Made by a program: the position numbers and the translations under genes. Under the pieces are notes generated by a model. It ran no database searches. It had not been told where the DNA came from and saw only the letters and a program-made list of their open reading frames with translations. Positions 11,101 to 26,000 of a stretch of DNA of 64,000 bases are shown piece after piece (within the stretch, counting starts at the first letter, position 1; every line of letters starts with the position of its first letter). The DNA is from the human T2T-CHM13v2.0 reference genome, Homo sapiens. Where the stretch lies: assembly GCF_009914755.1 (NCBI RefSeq), contig NC_060937.1; one strand, given 5' to 3'.

Positions 11101-14100
11101 AAATATCCACTTGCAGAATCCACAAAAAGAGTGTTTCAAAACTGCTCTATCAATAGAAAGGTTCAACTCTTTTAGTTGAGTACACACATCACAAACAAGT
11201 TTCTGAGAATGCTTCTGTCTGGCTTTTATTGGAAGACGTTTCCTTTTCACCAAAGGCATCAAAGCGCTCCAAATGTCCACTTCCAGATTCTTCCAAAAGA
11301 GTGTTTGAAACGTGCTCAAAGTAAGGGAATGTTCAACTCTGTGACTTGAATGCAGATATCACCAAGTAGTTTCTAATAGTGCTTCTGTCTAGATTTTAGA
11401 TGATGATATTCCCGTTTCCAACGAAATCGTTAGAGCTATCCAAATATCCACTTAGTTTCTACAAAAAGAGTGTTTCCAAACTGCTGCATCAAAAGAAAGG
11501 TTCAACTCTGTTAGTTGAGGACACACATCACAAAGAAGTTTGTGAGAATGCTTCTGTCTAGATTTTGTATGACCATATTCCCTTTTCCAGCGATATCATT
11601 AAAGCAATCTAAATATCCATTTGCAGAATCCACAAAAATAGAGTTTCAAAGCTGCTCTGTAAAAAGAAAGGTTCCACTCTGTTAGCTGAGTACACACATC
11701 ACAAACTTGTTTCTGAGAATCCTTCTGTCTCGTTTTTATGGGAAGATATTTACTTTTTCACCGTAGGCATCAAAGCGCTCCAAATGTCCACATCCAGATA
11801 CTCCAGAAAGAGTGTTTCAAACCTGCTCTATGAAAGGGAATCTTCAACTCTATGAGTTGAATGCAGACATCAGAAAGAAATTTCTGAGAATGCTGCTGTC
11901 TACCTTTTATTTGAATTCCCGCTTCCAACGAAATCCTCCAAGCTATCCAAATATCCACCTGCATTTTCCACAAAAAGAGCGTTTCAAAACTGCTCTATCA
12001 ATAGAAATGTTCAACTCCTTTGGCTGGGTACACACATCACAAACAAGTTTCTGAGAATGCTTCTGTCTAGTTTTTATGGGAAGACATTCCCTTTTTCACC
12101 AAAGGCATCAAAGCGCTCCAAATGTCCACTTCCAGACACTATAAAAAGAGTGTTTCCAACGTGCTCTAAGAAAGCGAATGTTCAACTCTGTGACTTGAAT
12201 GCAGATATCACAAAGTAGTTTCTGAGAGGGCTTCTGTCTAGATTTTAGATGATGATATTCCCGTTTCCAACGAAATCATTAGAGCTATCCAAATATCCAC
12301 TTACAGTTTCTACAAAAAGAGTGTTTCCAAACTGCTGCATCAAAAGAGAGGTTCCACTCTGTTAGCTGAGTACACACATCACAAACTTGTTTCTCAGAAT
12401 CCTTCTGTCTCGTTTTTCTGGGAAGATATTTACTTTTTCACCGTAGGCATCAAAGCGCTCCAAATGTCCACATCCAGATACTCCAGAAAGAGTGTTTCAA
12501 ACCTGCTCTATGAAAGGGAATCTTCAACTCTATGAGTTGAATGCAGACATCAGAAAGAAATTTCTGAGAATGCTGCTGTCTACCTTTTATTTGAATTCCC
12601 GCTTCCAACGAAATCCTCCAAGCTATCCAAATATCCACTTGCAGATTCCACAAAAAGAGTGTTTCAAAACTGCTCTCTATCAATGGCAAAGTTCAACTCT
12701 GTTAGTTGAGGACACATATCACCAACAAGTTTCTGAGAATGCTTCTGTCTATTTTTTATGGGAAGATATTTCCTTTTTCACCGTAGGCGTCAAGGCGATC
12801 GAAATGTCCACTTCCACAAACTACAAAAAGAGTGTTTCAAACCTGCTCTATGAAAGGCCATGTTCATCTCTATGAGTCGAATGGAAATATCCGAAAGAAA
12901 TTTCTGGGAATGCTGCTGTCTAGTTTTTATACGAATTCCCGCTTCCAACGAAATCCTCAAAGCAATCCAAATATCCACTTGCAGAATCCACAAAAAGAGT
13001 GTTTCAAAACTGCTCTATCAATAGAAAGGTTCAACTCTTTTAGTTGAGTACACACATCACAAACAAGTTTCTGAGAATGCTTCTGTCTGGCTTTTATTGG
13101 AAGACGTTTCCTTTTCACCAAAGGCATCAAAGCGCTCCAAATGTCCACTTCCAGATTCTTCCAAAAGAGTGTTTGAAACGTGCTCAAAGTAAGGGAATGT
13201 TCAACTCTGTGACTTGAATGCAGATATCACCAAGTAGTTTCTAATAGTGCTTCTGTCTAGATTTTAGATGATGATATTCCCGTTTCCAACGAAATCGTTA
13301 GAGCTATCCAAATATCCACTTACAGTTGCTACAAAAAGAGTGTTTCCAAACTGCTGCATCAAAAGAAAGGTTCAACTCTGTTAGTTGAGGACACACATCA
13401 CAAAGAAGTTTGTGAGAATGCTTCTGTCTAGATTTTGTATGACGATATTCCCTTTTCCAACGATATCGTTAAAGCAATCTAAATATCCATTTGCAGAATC
13501 CACAAAAATAGAGTTTCAAAGCTGCTCTGTAAAAAGAAAGGTTCCACTCTGTTAGCTGAGTACACACATCACAAACTTGTTTCTCAGAATCGTTCTGTCT
13601 CGTTTTTATGGGAAGATATTTACTTTTTCACCGTAGGCATCAAAGCGCTCCAAATGTCCACATCCAGATACTCCAGAAAGAGTGTTTCAAACCTGCTCTA
13701 TGAAAGGGAATCTTCAACTCTATGAGTTGAATGCAGACATCAGAAAGAAATTTCTGAGAATGCTGCTGTCTACCTTTTATTTGAATTCCCGCTTCCAACG
13801 AAATCCTCCAAGCTATCCAAATATCCACTTGCAGATTCCACAAAAAGAGTGTTTCAAAACTGCTCTCTATCAATGGCAAAGTTCAACTCTGTTAGTTGAG
13901 GACACATATCACCAACAAGTTTCTGAGAATGCTTCTGTCTATTTTTTATGGGAAGATATTTCCTTTTTCACCGTAGGCGTCAAGGCGATCGAAATGTCCA
14001 CTTCCACAAACTACAAAAAGAGTGTTTCAAACCTGCTCTATGAAAGGCCATGTTCATCTCTATGAGTCGAATGGAAATATCCGAAAGAAATTTCTGGGAA

Positions 14101-17100
14101 TGCTGCTGTCTAGTTTTTATACGAATTCCCGCTTCCAACGAAATCCTCAAAGCAATCCAAATATCCACTTGCAGAATCCACAAAAAGAGTGTTTCAAAAC
14201 TGCTCTATCAATAGAAAGGTTCAACTCTTTTAGTTGAGTACACACATCACAAACAAGTTTCTGAGAATGCTTCTGTCTGGCTTTTATTGGAAGACGTTTC
14301 CTTTTCACCAAAGGCATCAAAGCGCTCCAAATGTCCACTTCCAGATTCTTCCAAAAGAGTGTTTGAAACGTGCTCAAAGTAAGGGAATGTTCAACTCTGT
14401 GACTTGAATGCAGATATCACCAAGTAGTTTCTAATAGTGCTTCTGTCTAGATTTTAGATGATGATATTCCCGTTTCCAACGAAATCGTTAGAGCTATCCA
14501 AATATCCACTTACAGTTGCTACAAAAACAGTGTTTCCAAACTGCTGCATCAAAAGAAAGGTTCAACTCTGTTAGTTGAGGACACACATCACAAAGAAGTT
14601 TGTGAGAATGCTTCTGTCTAGATTTTGTATGACGATATTCCCTTTTCCAACGATATCGTTAAAGCAATCTAAATATCCATTTGCAGAATCCACAAAAATA
14701 GAGTTTCAAAGCTGCTCTGTAAAAAGAAAGGTTCCACTCTGTTAGCTGAGTACACACATCACAAACTTGTTTCTCAGAATCCTTCTGTCTCGTTTTTATG
14801 GGAAGATATTTACTTTTTCACCGTAGGCATCAAAGCGCTCCAAATGTCCACATCCAGATACTCCAGAAAGAGTGTTTCAAACCTGCTCTATGAAAGGGAA
14901 TCTTCAACTCTATGAGTTGAATGCAGACATCAGAAAGAAATTTCTGAGAATGCTGCTGTCTACCTTTTATTTGAATTCCCGCTTCCAACGAAATCCTCCA
15001 AGCTATCCAAATATCCACTTGCAGATTCCACAAAAAGAGTGTTTCAAAACTGCTCTCTATCAATGGCAAAGTTCAACTCTGTTAGTTGAGGACACATATC
15101 ACCAACAAGTTTCTGAGAATGCTTCTGTCTATTTTTTATGGGAAGATATTTCCTTTTTCACCGTAGGCGTCAAGGCGATCGAAATGTCCACTTCCACAAA
15201 CTACAAAAAGAGTGTTTCAAACCTGCTCTATGAAAGGCCATGTTCATCTCTATGAGTCGAATGGAAATATCCGAAAGAAATTTCTGGGAATGCTGCTGTC
15301 TAGTTTTTATACGAATTCCCGCTTCCAACGAAATCCTCAAAGCAATCCAAATATCCACTTGCAGAATCCACAAAAAGAGTGTTTCAAAACTGCTCTATCA
15401 ATAGAAAGGTTCAACTCTTTTAGTTGAGTACACACATCACAAACAAGTTTCTGAGAATGCTTCTGTCTGGCTTTTATTGGAAGACGTTTCCTTTTCACCA
15501 AAGGCATCAAAGCGCTCCAAATGTCCACTTCCAGATTCTTCCAAAAGAGTGTTTGAAACGTGCTCAAAGTAAGGGAATGTTCAACTCTGTGACTTGAATG
15601 CAGATATCACCAAGTAGTTTCTAATAGTGCTTCTGTCTAGATTTTAGATGATGATATTCCCGTTTCCAACGAAATCGTTAGAGCTATCCAAATATCCACT
15701 TACAGTTGCTACAAAAACAGTGTTTCCAAACTGCTGCATCAAAAGAAAGGTTCAACTCTGTTAGTTGAGGACACACATCACAAAGAAGTTTGTGAGAATG
15801 CTTCTGTCTAGATTTTGTATGACGATATTCCCTTTTCCAACGATATCGTTAAAGCAATCTAAATATCCATTTGCAGAATCCACAAAAATAGAGTTTCAAA
15901 GCTGCTCTGTAAAAAGAAAGGTTCCACTCTGTTAGCTGAGTACACACATCACAAACTTGTTTCTCAGAATCCTTCTGTCTCGTTTTTATGGGAAGATATT
16001 TACTTTTTCACCGTAGGCATCAAAGCGCTCCAAATGTCCACATCCAGATACTCCAGAAAGAGTGTTTCAAACCTGCTCTATGAAAGGGAATCTTCAACTC
16101 TATGAGTTGAATGCAGACATCAGAAAGAAATTTCTGAGAATGCTGCTGTCTACCTTTTATTTGAATTCCCGCTTCCAACGAAATCCTCCAAGCTATCCAA
16201 ATATCCACTTGCAGATTCCACAAAAAGAGTGTTTCAAAACTGCTCTCTATCAATGGCAAAGTTCAACTCTGTTAGTTGAGGACACATATCACCAACAAGT
16301 TTCTGAGAATGCTTCTGTCTATTTTTTATGGGAAGATATTTCCTTTTTCACCGTAGGCGTCAAGGCGATCGAAATGTCCACTTCCACAAACTACAAAAAG
16401 AGTGTTTCAAACCTGCTCTATGAAAGGCCATGTTCATCTCTATGAGTCGAATGGAAATATCCGAAAGAAATTTCTGGGAATGCTGCTGTCTAGTTTTTAT
16501 ACGAATTCCCGCTTCCAACGAAATCCTCAAAGCAATCCAAATATCCACTTGCAGAATCCACAAAAAGAGTGTTTCAAAACTGCTCTATCAATAGAAAGGT
16601 TCAACTCTTTTAGTTGAGTACACACATCACAAACAAGTTTCTGAGAATGCTTCTGTCTGGCTTTTATTGGAAGACGTTTCCTTTTCACCAAAGGCATCAA
16701 AGCGCTCCAAATGTCCACTTCCAGATTCTTCCAAAAGAGTGTTTGAAACGTGCTCAAAGTAAGGGAATGTTCAACTCTGTGACTTGAATGCAGATATCAC
16801 CAAGTAGTTTCTAATAGTGCTTCTGTCTAGATTTTAGATGATGATATTCCCGTTTCCAACGAAATTGTTAGAGCTATCCAAATATCCACTTACAGTTTCT
16901 ACAAAAAGAGTGTTTCCAAACTGCTGCATCAAAAGAAAGGTTCAACTCTGTTAGTTGAGGACACACATCACAAAGAAGTTTGTGAGAATGCTTCTGTCTA
17001 GATTTTGTATGACCATATTCCCTTTTCCAGCGATATCATTAAAGCAATCTAAATATCCATTTGCAGAATCCACAAAAATAGAGTTTCAAAGCTGCTCTGT

Positions 17101-20100
17101 AAAAAGAAAGGTTCCACTCTGTTAGCTGAGTACACACATCACAAACTTGTTTCTGAGAATCCTTCTGTCTCGTTTTTATGGGAAGATATTTACTTTTTCA
17201 CCGTAGGCATCAAAGCGCTCCAAATGTCCACATCCAGATACTCCAGAAAGAGTGTTTCAAACCTGCTCTATGAAAGGGAATCTTCAACTCTATGAGTTGA
17301 ATGCAGACATCAGAAAGAAATTTCTGAGAATGCTGCTGTCTACCTTTTATTTGAATTCCCGCTTCCAACGAAATCCTCCAAGCTATCCAAATATCCACCT
17401 GCATTTTCCACAAAAAGAGCGTTTCAAAACTGCTCTATCAATAGAAATGTTCAACTCCTTTGGCTGGGTACACACATCACAAACAAGTTTCTGAGAATGC
17501 TTCTGTCTAGTTTTTATGGGAAGACATTCCCTTTTTCACCAAAGGCATCAAAGCGCTCCAAATGTCCACTTCCAGACACTACAAAAAGAGTGTTTCCAAC
17601 GTGCTCTAAGAAAGCGAATGTTCAACTCTGTGACTTGAATGCAGATATCACAAAGTAGTTTCTGAGAGGGCTTCTGTCTAGATTTTAGATGATGATATTC
17701 CCGTTTCCAACGAAATCATTAGAGCTATCCAAATATCCACTTACAGTTTCTACAAAAAGAGTGTTTCCAAACTGCTGCATCAAAAGAGAGGTTCCACTCT
17801 GTTAGCTGAGTACACACATCACAAACTTGTTTCTCAGAATCCTTCTGTCTCGTTTTTCTGGGAAGATATTTACTTTTTCACCGTAGGCATCAAAGCGCTC
17901 CAAATGTCCACATCCAGATACTCCAGAAAGAGTGTTTCAAACCTGCTCTATGAAAGGGAATCTTCAACTCTATGAGTTGAATGCAGACATCAGAAAGAAA
18001 TTTCTGAGAATGCTGCTGTCTACCTTTTATTTGAATTCCCGCTTCCAACGAAATCCTCCAAGCTATCCAAATATCCACTTGCAGATTCCACAAAAAGAGT
18101 GTTTCAAAACTGCTCTCTATCAATGGCAAAGTTCAACTCTGTTAGTTGAGGACACATATCACCAACAAGTTTCTGAGAATGCTTCTGTCTATTTTTTATG
18201 GGAAGATATTTCCTTTTTCACCGTAGGCGTCAAGGCGATCGAAATGTCCACTTCCACAAACTACAAAAAGAGTGTTTCAAACCTGCTCTATGAAAGGCCA
18301 TGTTCATCTCTATGAGTCGAATGGAAATATCCGAAAGAAATTTCTGGGAATGCTGCTGTCTAGTTTTTATACGAATTCCCGCTTCCAACGAAATCCTCAA
18401 AGCAATCCAAATATCCACTTGCAGAATCCACAAAAAGAGTGTTTCAAAACTGCTCTATCAATAGAAAGGTTCAACTCTTTTAGTTGAGTACACACATCAC
18501 AAACAAGTTTCTGAGAATGCTTCTGTCTGGCTTTTATTGGAAGACGTTTCCTTTTCACCAAAGGCATCAAAGCGCTCCAAATGTCCACTTCCAGATTCTT
18601 CCAAAAGAGTGTTTGAAACGTGCTCAAAGTAAGGGAATGTTCAACTCTGTGACTTGAATGCAGATATCACCAAGTAGTTTCTAATAGTGCTTCTGTCTAG
18701 ATTTTAGATGATGATATTCCCGTTTCCAACGAAATCGTTAGAGCTATCCAAATATCCACTTACAGTTGCTACAAAAACAGTGTTTCCAAACTGCTGCATC
18801 AAAAGAAAGGTTCAACTCTGTTAGTTGAGGACACACGTCACAAAGAAGTTTGTGAGAATGCTTCTGTCTAGATTTTGTATGACGATATTCCCTTTTCCAA
18901 CGATATCGTTAAAGCAATCTAAATATCCATTTGCAGAATCCACAAAAATAGAGTTTCAAAGCTGCTCTGTAAAAAGAAAGGTTCCACTCTGTTAGCTGAG
19001 TACACACATCACAAACTTGTTTCTCAGAATCCTTCTGTCTCGTTTTTATGGGAAGATATTTACTTTTTCACCGTAGGCATCAAAGCGCTCCAAATGTCCA
19101 CATCCAGATACTCCAGAAAGAGTGTTTCAAACCTGCTCTATGAAAGGGAATCTTCAACTCTATGAGTTGAATGCAGACATCAGAAAGAAATTTCTGAGAA
19201 TGCTGCTGTCTACCTTTTATTTGAATTCCCGCTTCCAACGAAATCCTCCAAGCTATCCAAATATCCACTTGCAGATTCCACAAAAAGAGTGTTTCAAAAC
19301 TGCTCTCTATCAATGGCAAAGTTCAACTCTGTTAGTTGAGGACACATATCACCAACAAGTTTCTGAGAATGCTTCTGTCTATTTTTTATGGGAAGATATT
19401 TCCTTTTTCACCGTAGGCGTCAAGGCGATCGAAATGTCCACTTCCACAAACTACAAAAAGAGTGTTTCAAACCTGCTCTATGAAAGGCCATGTTCATCTC
19501 TATGAGTCGAATGGAAATATCCGAAAGAAATTTCTGGGAATGCTGCTGTCTAGTTTTTATACGAATTCCCGCTTCCAACGAAATCCTCAAAGCAATCCAA
19601 ATATCCACTTGCAGAATCCACAAAAAGAGTGTTTCAAAACTGCTCTATCAATAGAAAGGTTCAACTCTTTTAGTTGAGTACACACATCACAAACAAGTTT
19701 CTGAGAATGCTTCTGTCTGGCTTTTATTGGAAGACGTTTCCTTTTCACCAAAGGCATCAAAGCGCTCCAAATGTCCACTTCCAGATTCTTCCAAAAGAGT
19801 GTTTGAAACGTGCTCAAAGTAAGGGAATGTTCAACTCTGTGACTTGAATGCAGATATCACCAAGTAGTTTCTAATAGTGCTTCTGTCTAGATTTTAGATG
19901 ATGATATTCCCGTTTCCAACGAAATCGTTAGAGCTATCCAAATATCCACTTAGTTTCTACAAAAAGAGTGTTTCCAAACTGCTGCATCAAAAGAAAGGTT
20001 CAACTCTGTTAGTTGAGGACACACATCACAAAGAAGTTTGTGAGAATGCTTCTGTCTAGATTTTGTATGACCATATTCCCTTTTCCAGCGATATCATTAA

Positions 20101-23010
20101 AGCAATCTAAATATCCATTTGCAGAATCCACAAAAATAGAGTTTCAAAGCTGCTCTGTAAAAAGAAAGGTTCCACTCTGTTAGCTGAGTACACACATCAC
20201 AAACTTGTTTCTGAGAATCCTTCTGTCTCGTTTTTATGGGAAGATATTTACTTTTTCACCGTAGGCATCAAAGCGCTCCAAATGTCCACATCCAGATACT
20301 CCAGAAAGAGTGTTTCAAACCTGCTCTATGAAAGGGAATCTTCAACTCTATGAGTTGAATGCAGACATCAGAAAGAAATTTCTGAGAATGCTGCTGTCTA
20401 CCTTTTATTTGAATTCCCGCTTCCAACGAAATCCTCCAAGCTATCCAAATATCCACCTGCATTTTCCACAAAAAGAGCGTTTCAAAACTGCTCTATCAAT
20501 AGAAATGTTCAACTCCTTTGGCTGGGTACACACATCACAAACAAGTTTCTGAGAATGCTTCTGTCTAGTTTTTATGGGAAGACATTCCCTTTTTCACCAA
20601 AGGCATCAAAGCGCTCCAAATGTCCACTTCCAGACACTATAAAAAGAGTGTTTCCAACGTGCTCTAAGAAAGCGAATGTTCAACTCTGTGACTTGAATGC
20701 AGATATCACAAAGTAGTTTCTGAGAGGGCTTCTGTCTAGATTTTAGATGATGATATTCCCGTTTCCAACGAAATCATTAGAGCTATCCAAATATCCACTT
20801 ACAGTTTCTACAAAAAGAGTGTTTCCAAACTGCTGCATCAAAAGAGAGGTTCCACTCTGTTAGCTGAGTACACACATCACAAACTTGTTTCTCAGAATCC
20901 TTCTGTCTCGTTTTTCTGGGAAGATATTTACTTTTTCACCGTAGGCATCAAAGCGCTCCAAATGTCCACATCCAGATACTCCAGAAAGAGTGTTTCAAAC
21001 CTGCTCTATGAAAGGGAATCTTCAACTCTATGAGTTGAATGCAGACATCAGAAAGAAATTTCTGAGAATGCTGCTGTCTACCTTTTATTTGAATTCCCGC
21101 TTCCAACGAAATCCTCCAAGCTATCCAAATATCCACTTGCAGATTCCACAAAAAGAGTGTTTCAAAACTGCTCTCTATCAATGGCAAAGTTCAACTCTGT
21201 TAGTTGAGGACACATATCACCAACAAGTTTCTGAGAATGCTTCTGTCTATTTTTTATGGGAAGATATTTCCTTTTTCACCGTAGGCGTCAAGGCGATCGA
21301 AATGTCCACTTCCACAAACTACAAAAAGAGTGTTTCAAACCTGCTCTATGAAAGGCCATGTTCATCTCTATGAGTCGAATGGAAATATCCGAAAGAAATT
21401 TCTGGGAATGCTGCTGTCTAGTTTTTATACGAATTCCCGCTTCCAACGAAATCCTCAAAGCAATCCAAATATCCACTTGCAGAATCCACAAAAAGAGTGT
21501 TTCAAAACTGCTCTATCAATAGAAAGGTTCAACTCTTTTAGTTGAGTACACACATCACAAACAAGTTTCTGAGAATGCTTCTGTCTGGCTTTTATTGGAA
21601 GACGTTTCCTTTTCACCAAAGGCATCAAAGCGCTCCAAATGTCCACTTCCAGATTCTTCCAAAAGAGTGTTTGAAACGTGCTCAAAGTAAGGGAATGTTC
21701 AACTCTGTGACTTGAATGCAGATATCACCAAGTAGTTTCTAATAGTGCTTCTGTCTAGATTTTAGATGATGATATTCCCGTTTCCAACGAAATCGTTAGA
21801 GCTATCCAAATATCCACTTACAGTTTCTACAAAAAGAGTGTTTCCAAACTGCTGCATCAAAAGAAAGGTTCAACTCTGTTAGTTGAGGACACACATCACA
21901 AAGAAGTTTGTGAGAATGCTTCTGTCTAGATTTTGTATGACGATATTCCCTTTTCCAACGATATCGTTAAAGCAATCTAAATATCCATTTGCAGAATCCA
22001 CAAAAATAGAGTTTCAAAGCTGCTCTGTAAAAAGAAAGGTTCCACTCTGTTAGCTGAGTACACACATCACAAACTTGTTTCTCAGAATCGTTCTGTCTCG
22101 TTTTTATGGGAAGATATTTACTTTTTCACCGTAGGCATCAAAGCGCTCCAAATGTCCACATCCAGATACTCCAGAAAGAGTGTTTCAAACCTGCTCTATG
22201 AAAGGGAATCTTCAACTCTATGAGTTGAATGCAGACATCAGAAAGAAATTTCTGAGAATGCTGCTGTCTACCTTTTATTTGAATTCCCGCTTCCAACGAA
22301 ATCCTCCAAGCTATCCAAATATCCACTTGCAGATTCCACAAAAAGAGTGTTTCAAAACTGCTCTCTATCAATGGCAAAGTTCAACTCTGTTAGTTGAGGA
22401 CACATATCACCAACAAGTTTCTGAGAATGCTTCTGTCTATTTTTTATGGGAAGATATTTCCTTTTTCACCGTAGGCGTCAAGGCGATCGAAATGTCCACT
22501 TCCACAAACTACAAAAAGAGTGTTTCAAACCTGCTCTATGAAAGGCCATGTTCATCTCTATGAGTCGAATGGAAATATCCGAAAGAAATTTCTGGGAATG
22601 CTGCTGTCTAGTTTTTATACGAATTCCCGCTTCCAACGAAATCCTCAAAGCAATCCAAATATCCACTTGCAGAATCCACAAAAAGAGTGTTTCAAAACTG
22701 CTCTATCAATAGAAAGGTTCAACTCTTTTAGTTGAGTACACACATCACAAACAAGTTTCTGAGAATGCTTCTGTCTGGCTTTTATTGGAAGACGTTTCCT
22801 TTTCACCAAAGGCATCAAAGCGCTCCAAATGTCCACTTCCAGATTCTTCCAAAAGAGTGTTTGAAACGTGCTCAAAGTAAGGGAATGTTCAACTCTGTGA
22901 CTTGAATGCAGATATCACCAAGTAGTTTCTAATAGTGCTTCTGTCTAGATTTTAGATGATGATATTCCCGTTTCCAACGAAATCGTTAGAGCTATCCAAA
23001 TATCCACTTA
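5105..23010. repeat. Tandem duplication with 8,498 bp (50-monomer) period
   Basis: The block order LLLSLLSL repeats, and five rare variants recur at exactly +8498: 8368/16866, 10339/18837, 11454/19952, 12142/20640 and 13592/22090. Confidence 0.9.
8611..9290 (-). repeat. 4-mer block, haplotype B (680 bp); 13 copies starting at 8611, 11669, 17109, 20167, 28663, 42765, 47015, 48885, 50755, 52625, 54495, 57555 and 59425
   Basis: Diagnostics: gaattc, ccacctgcat, gagcgttt, aatagaaatg and ctttggctgggtacac, normally followed by cgtttttctggg. Confidence 0.9.
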
Positions 23011-26000
23011 CAGTTTCTACAAAAAGAGTGTTTCCAAACTGCTGCATCAAAAGAAAGGTTCAACTCTGTTAGTTGAGGACACACATCACAAAGAAGTTTG
23101 TGAGAATGCTTCTGTCTAGATTTTGTATGACCATATTCCCTTTTCCAGCGATATCATTAAAGCAATCTAAATATCCATTTGCAGAATCCACAAAAATAGA
23201 GTTTCAAAGCTGCTCTGTAAAAAGAAAGGTTCCACTCTGTTAGCTGAGTACACACATCACAAACTTGTTTCTCAGAATCCTTCTGTCTCGTTTTTATGGG
23301 AAGATATTTACTTTTTCACCGTAGGCATCAAAGCGCTCCAAATGTCCACATCCAGATACTCCAGAAAGAGTGTTTCAAACCTGCTCTATGAAAGGGAATC
23401 TTCAACTCTATGAGTTGAATGCAGACATCAGAAAGAAATTTCTGAGAATGCTGCTGTCTACCTTTTATTTGAACTCCCGCTTCCAACGAAATCCTCCAAG
23501 CTATCCAAATATCCACTTGCATTTTCCACAAAAAGAGTGCTTCAAAACTGCTCTATCAATAAATGTTCAACTCCTTTAGCTGGGTGCACACATCACAAAC
23601 AAGTTTCTGAGAATGCTTCTGTCTAGTTTTTATGGGAAGACATTCCCTTTTTCACCAAAGGCATCAAAGCGCTCCAAATGTCCACTTCCAGACACTACAA
23701 AAAGAGTGTTTCCAACGTGCTCTAAGAAAGCGAATGTTCAACTCTGTGACTTGAATGCAGATATCACAAAGTAGTTTCTGAGAGGGCTTCTGTCTAGATT
23801 TTAGATGATGATATTCCCGTTTCCAACGAAATCATTAGAGCTATCCAAATATCCACTTACGGTTTCTACAAAAAGAGTGTTTCCAAACTGCTGCATCAAA
23901 AGAGAGGTTCCACTCTGTTAGCTGAGTACACACATCACAAACTTGTTTCTGAGAATCCTTCTGTCTCGTTTTTATGGGAAGATATTTACTTTTTCACCGT
24001 AGGCATCAAAGCGCTCCAAATGTCCACATCCAGATACTCCAGAAAGAGTGTTTCAAACCTGCTCTATGAAAGGGAATCTTCAACTCTATGAGTTGAATGC
24101 AGACATCAGAAAGAAATTTCTGAGAATGCTGCTGTCTACCTTTTATTTGAATTCCCGCTTCCAACGAAATCCTCCAAGCTATCCAAATATCCACTTGCAG
24201 ATTCCACAAAAAGAGTGTTTCAAAACTGCTCTCTATCAATGGCAAAGTTCAACTCTGTTAGTTGAGGACACATATCACCAACAAGTTTCTGAGAATGCTT
24301 CTGTCTATTTTTTATGGGAAGATATTTCCTTTTTCACCGTAGGCGTCAAGGCGATCGAAATGTCCACTTCCACAAACTACAAAAAGAGTGTTTCAAACCT
24401 GCTCTATGAAAGGCCATGTTCATCTCTATGAGTCGAATGGAAATATCCGAAAGAAATTTCTGGGAATGCTGCTGTCTAGTTTTTATACGAATTCCCGCTT
24501 CCAACGAAATCCTCAAAGCAATCCAAATATCCACTTGCAGAATCCACAAAAAGAGTGTTTCAAAACTGCTCTATCAATAGAAAGGTTCAACTCTTTTAGT
24601 TGAGTACACACATCACAAACAAGTTTCTGAGAATGCTTCTGTCTGGCTTTTATTGGAAGACGTTTCCTTTTCACCAAAGGCATCAAAGCGCTCCAAATGT
24701 CCACTTCCAGATTCTTCCAAAAGAGTGTTTGAAACGTGCTCAAAGTAAGGGAATGTTCAACTCTGTGACTTGAATGCAGATATCACCAAGTAGTTTCTAA
24801 TAGTGCTTCTGTCTAGATTTTAGATGATGATATTCCCGTTTCCAACGAAATCGTTAGAGCTATCCAAATATCCACTTACAGTTGCTACAAAAACAGTGTT
24901 TCCAAACTGCTGCATCAAAAGAAAGGTTCAACTCTGTTAGTTGAGGACACACATCACAAAGAAGTTTGTGAGAATGCTTCTGTCTAGATTTTGTATGACG
25001 ATATTCCCTTTTCCAACGATATCGTTAAAGCAATCTAAATATCCATTTGCAGAATCCACAAAAATAGAGTTTCAAAGCTGCTCTGTAAAAAGAAAGGTTC
25101 CACTCTGTTAGCTGAGTACACACATCACAAACTTGTTTCTCAGAATCCTTCTGTCTCGTTTTTATGGGAAGATATTTACTTTTTCACCGTAGGCATCAAA
25201 GCGCTCCAAATGTCCACATCCAGATACTCCAGAAAGAGTGTTTCAAACCTGCTCTATGAAAGGGAATCTTCAACTCTATGAGTTGAATGGAGACATCAGA
25301 AAGAAATTTCTGAGAATGCTGCTGTCTACCTTTTATTTGAATTCCCGCTTCCAACGAAATCCTCCAAGCTATCCAAATATCCACTTGCAGATTCCACAAA
25401 AAGAGTGTTTCAAAACTGCTCTCTATCAATGGCAAAGTTCAACTCTGTTAGTTGAGGACACATATCACCAACAAGTTTCTGAGAATGCTTCTGTCTATTT
25501 TTTATGGGAAGATATTTCCTTTTTCACCGTAGGCGTCAAGGCGATCGAAATGTCCACTTCCACAAACTACAAAAAGAGTGTTTCAAACCTGCTCTATGAA
25601 AGGCCATGTTCATCTCTATGAGTCGAATGGAAATATCCGAAAGAAATTTCTGGGAATGCTGCTGTCTAGTTTTTATACGAATTCCCGCTTCCAACGAAAT
25701 CCTCAAAGCAATCCAAATATCCACTTGCAGAATCCACAAAAAGAGTGTTTCAAAACTGCTCTATCAATAGAAAGGTTCAACTCTTTTAGTTGAGTACACA
25801 CATCACAAACAAGTTTCTGAGAATGCTTCTGTCTGGCTTTTATTGGAAGACGTTTCCTTTTCACCAAAGGCATCAAAGCGCTCCAAATGTCCACTTCCAG
25901 ATTCTTCCAAAAGAGTGTTTGAAACGTGCTCAAAGTAAGGGAATGTTCAACTCTGTGACTTGAATGCAGATATCACCAAGTAGTTTCTAATAGTGCTTCT

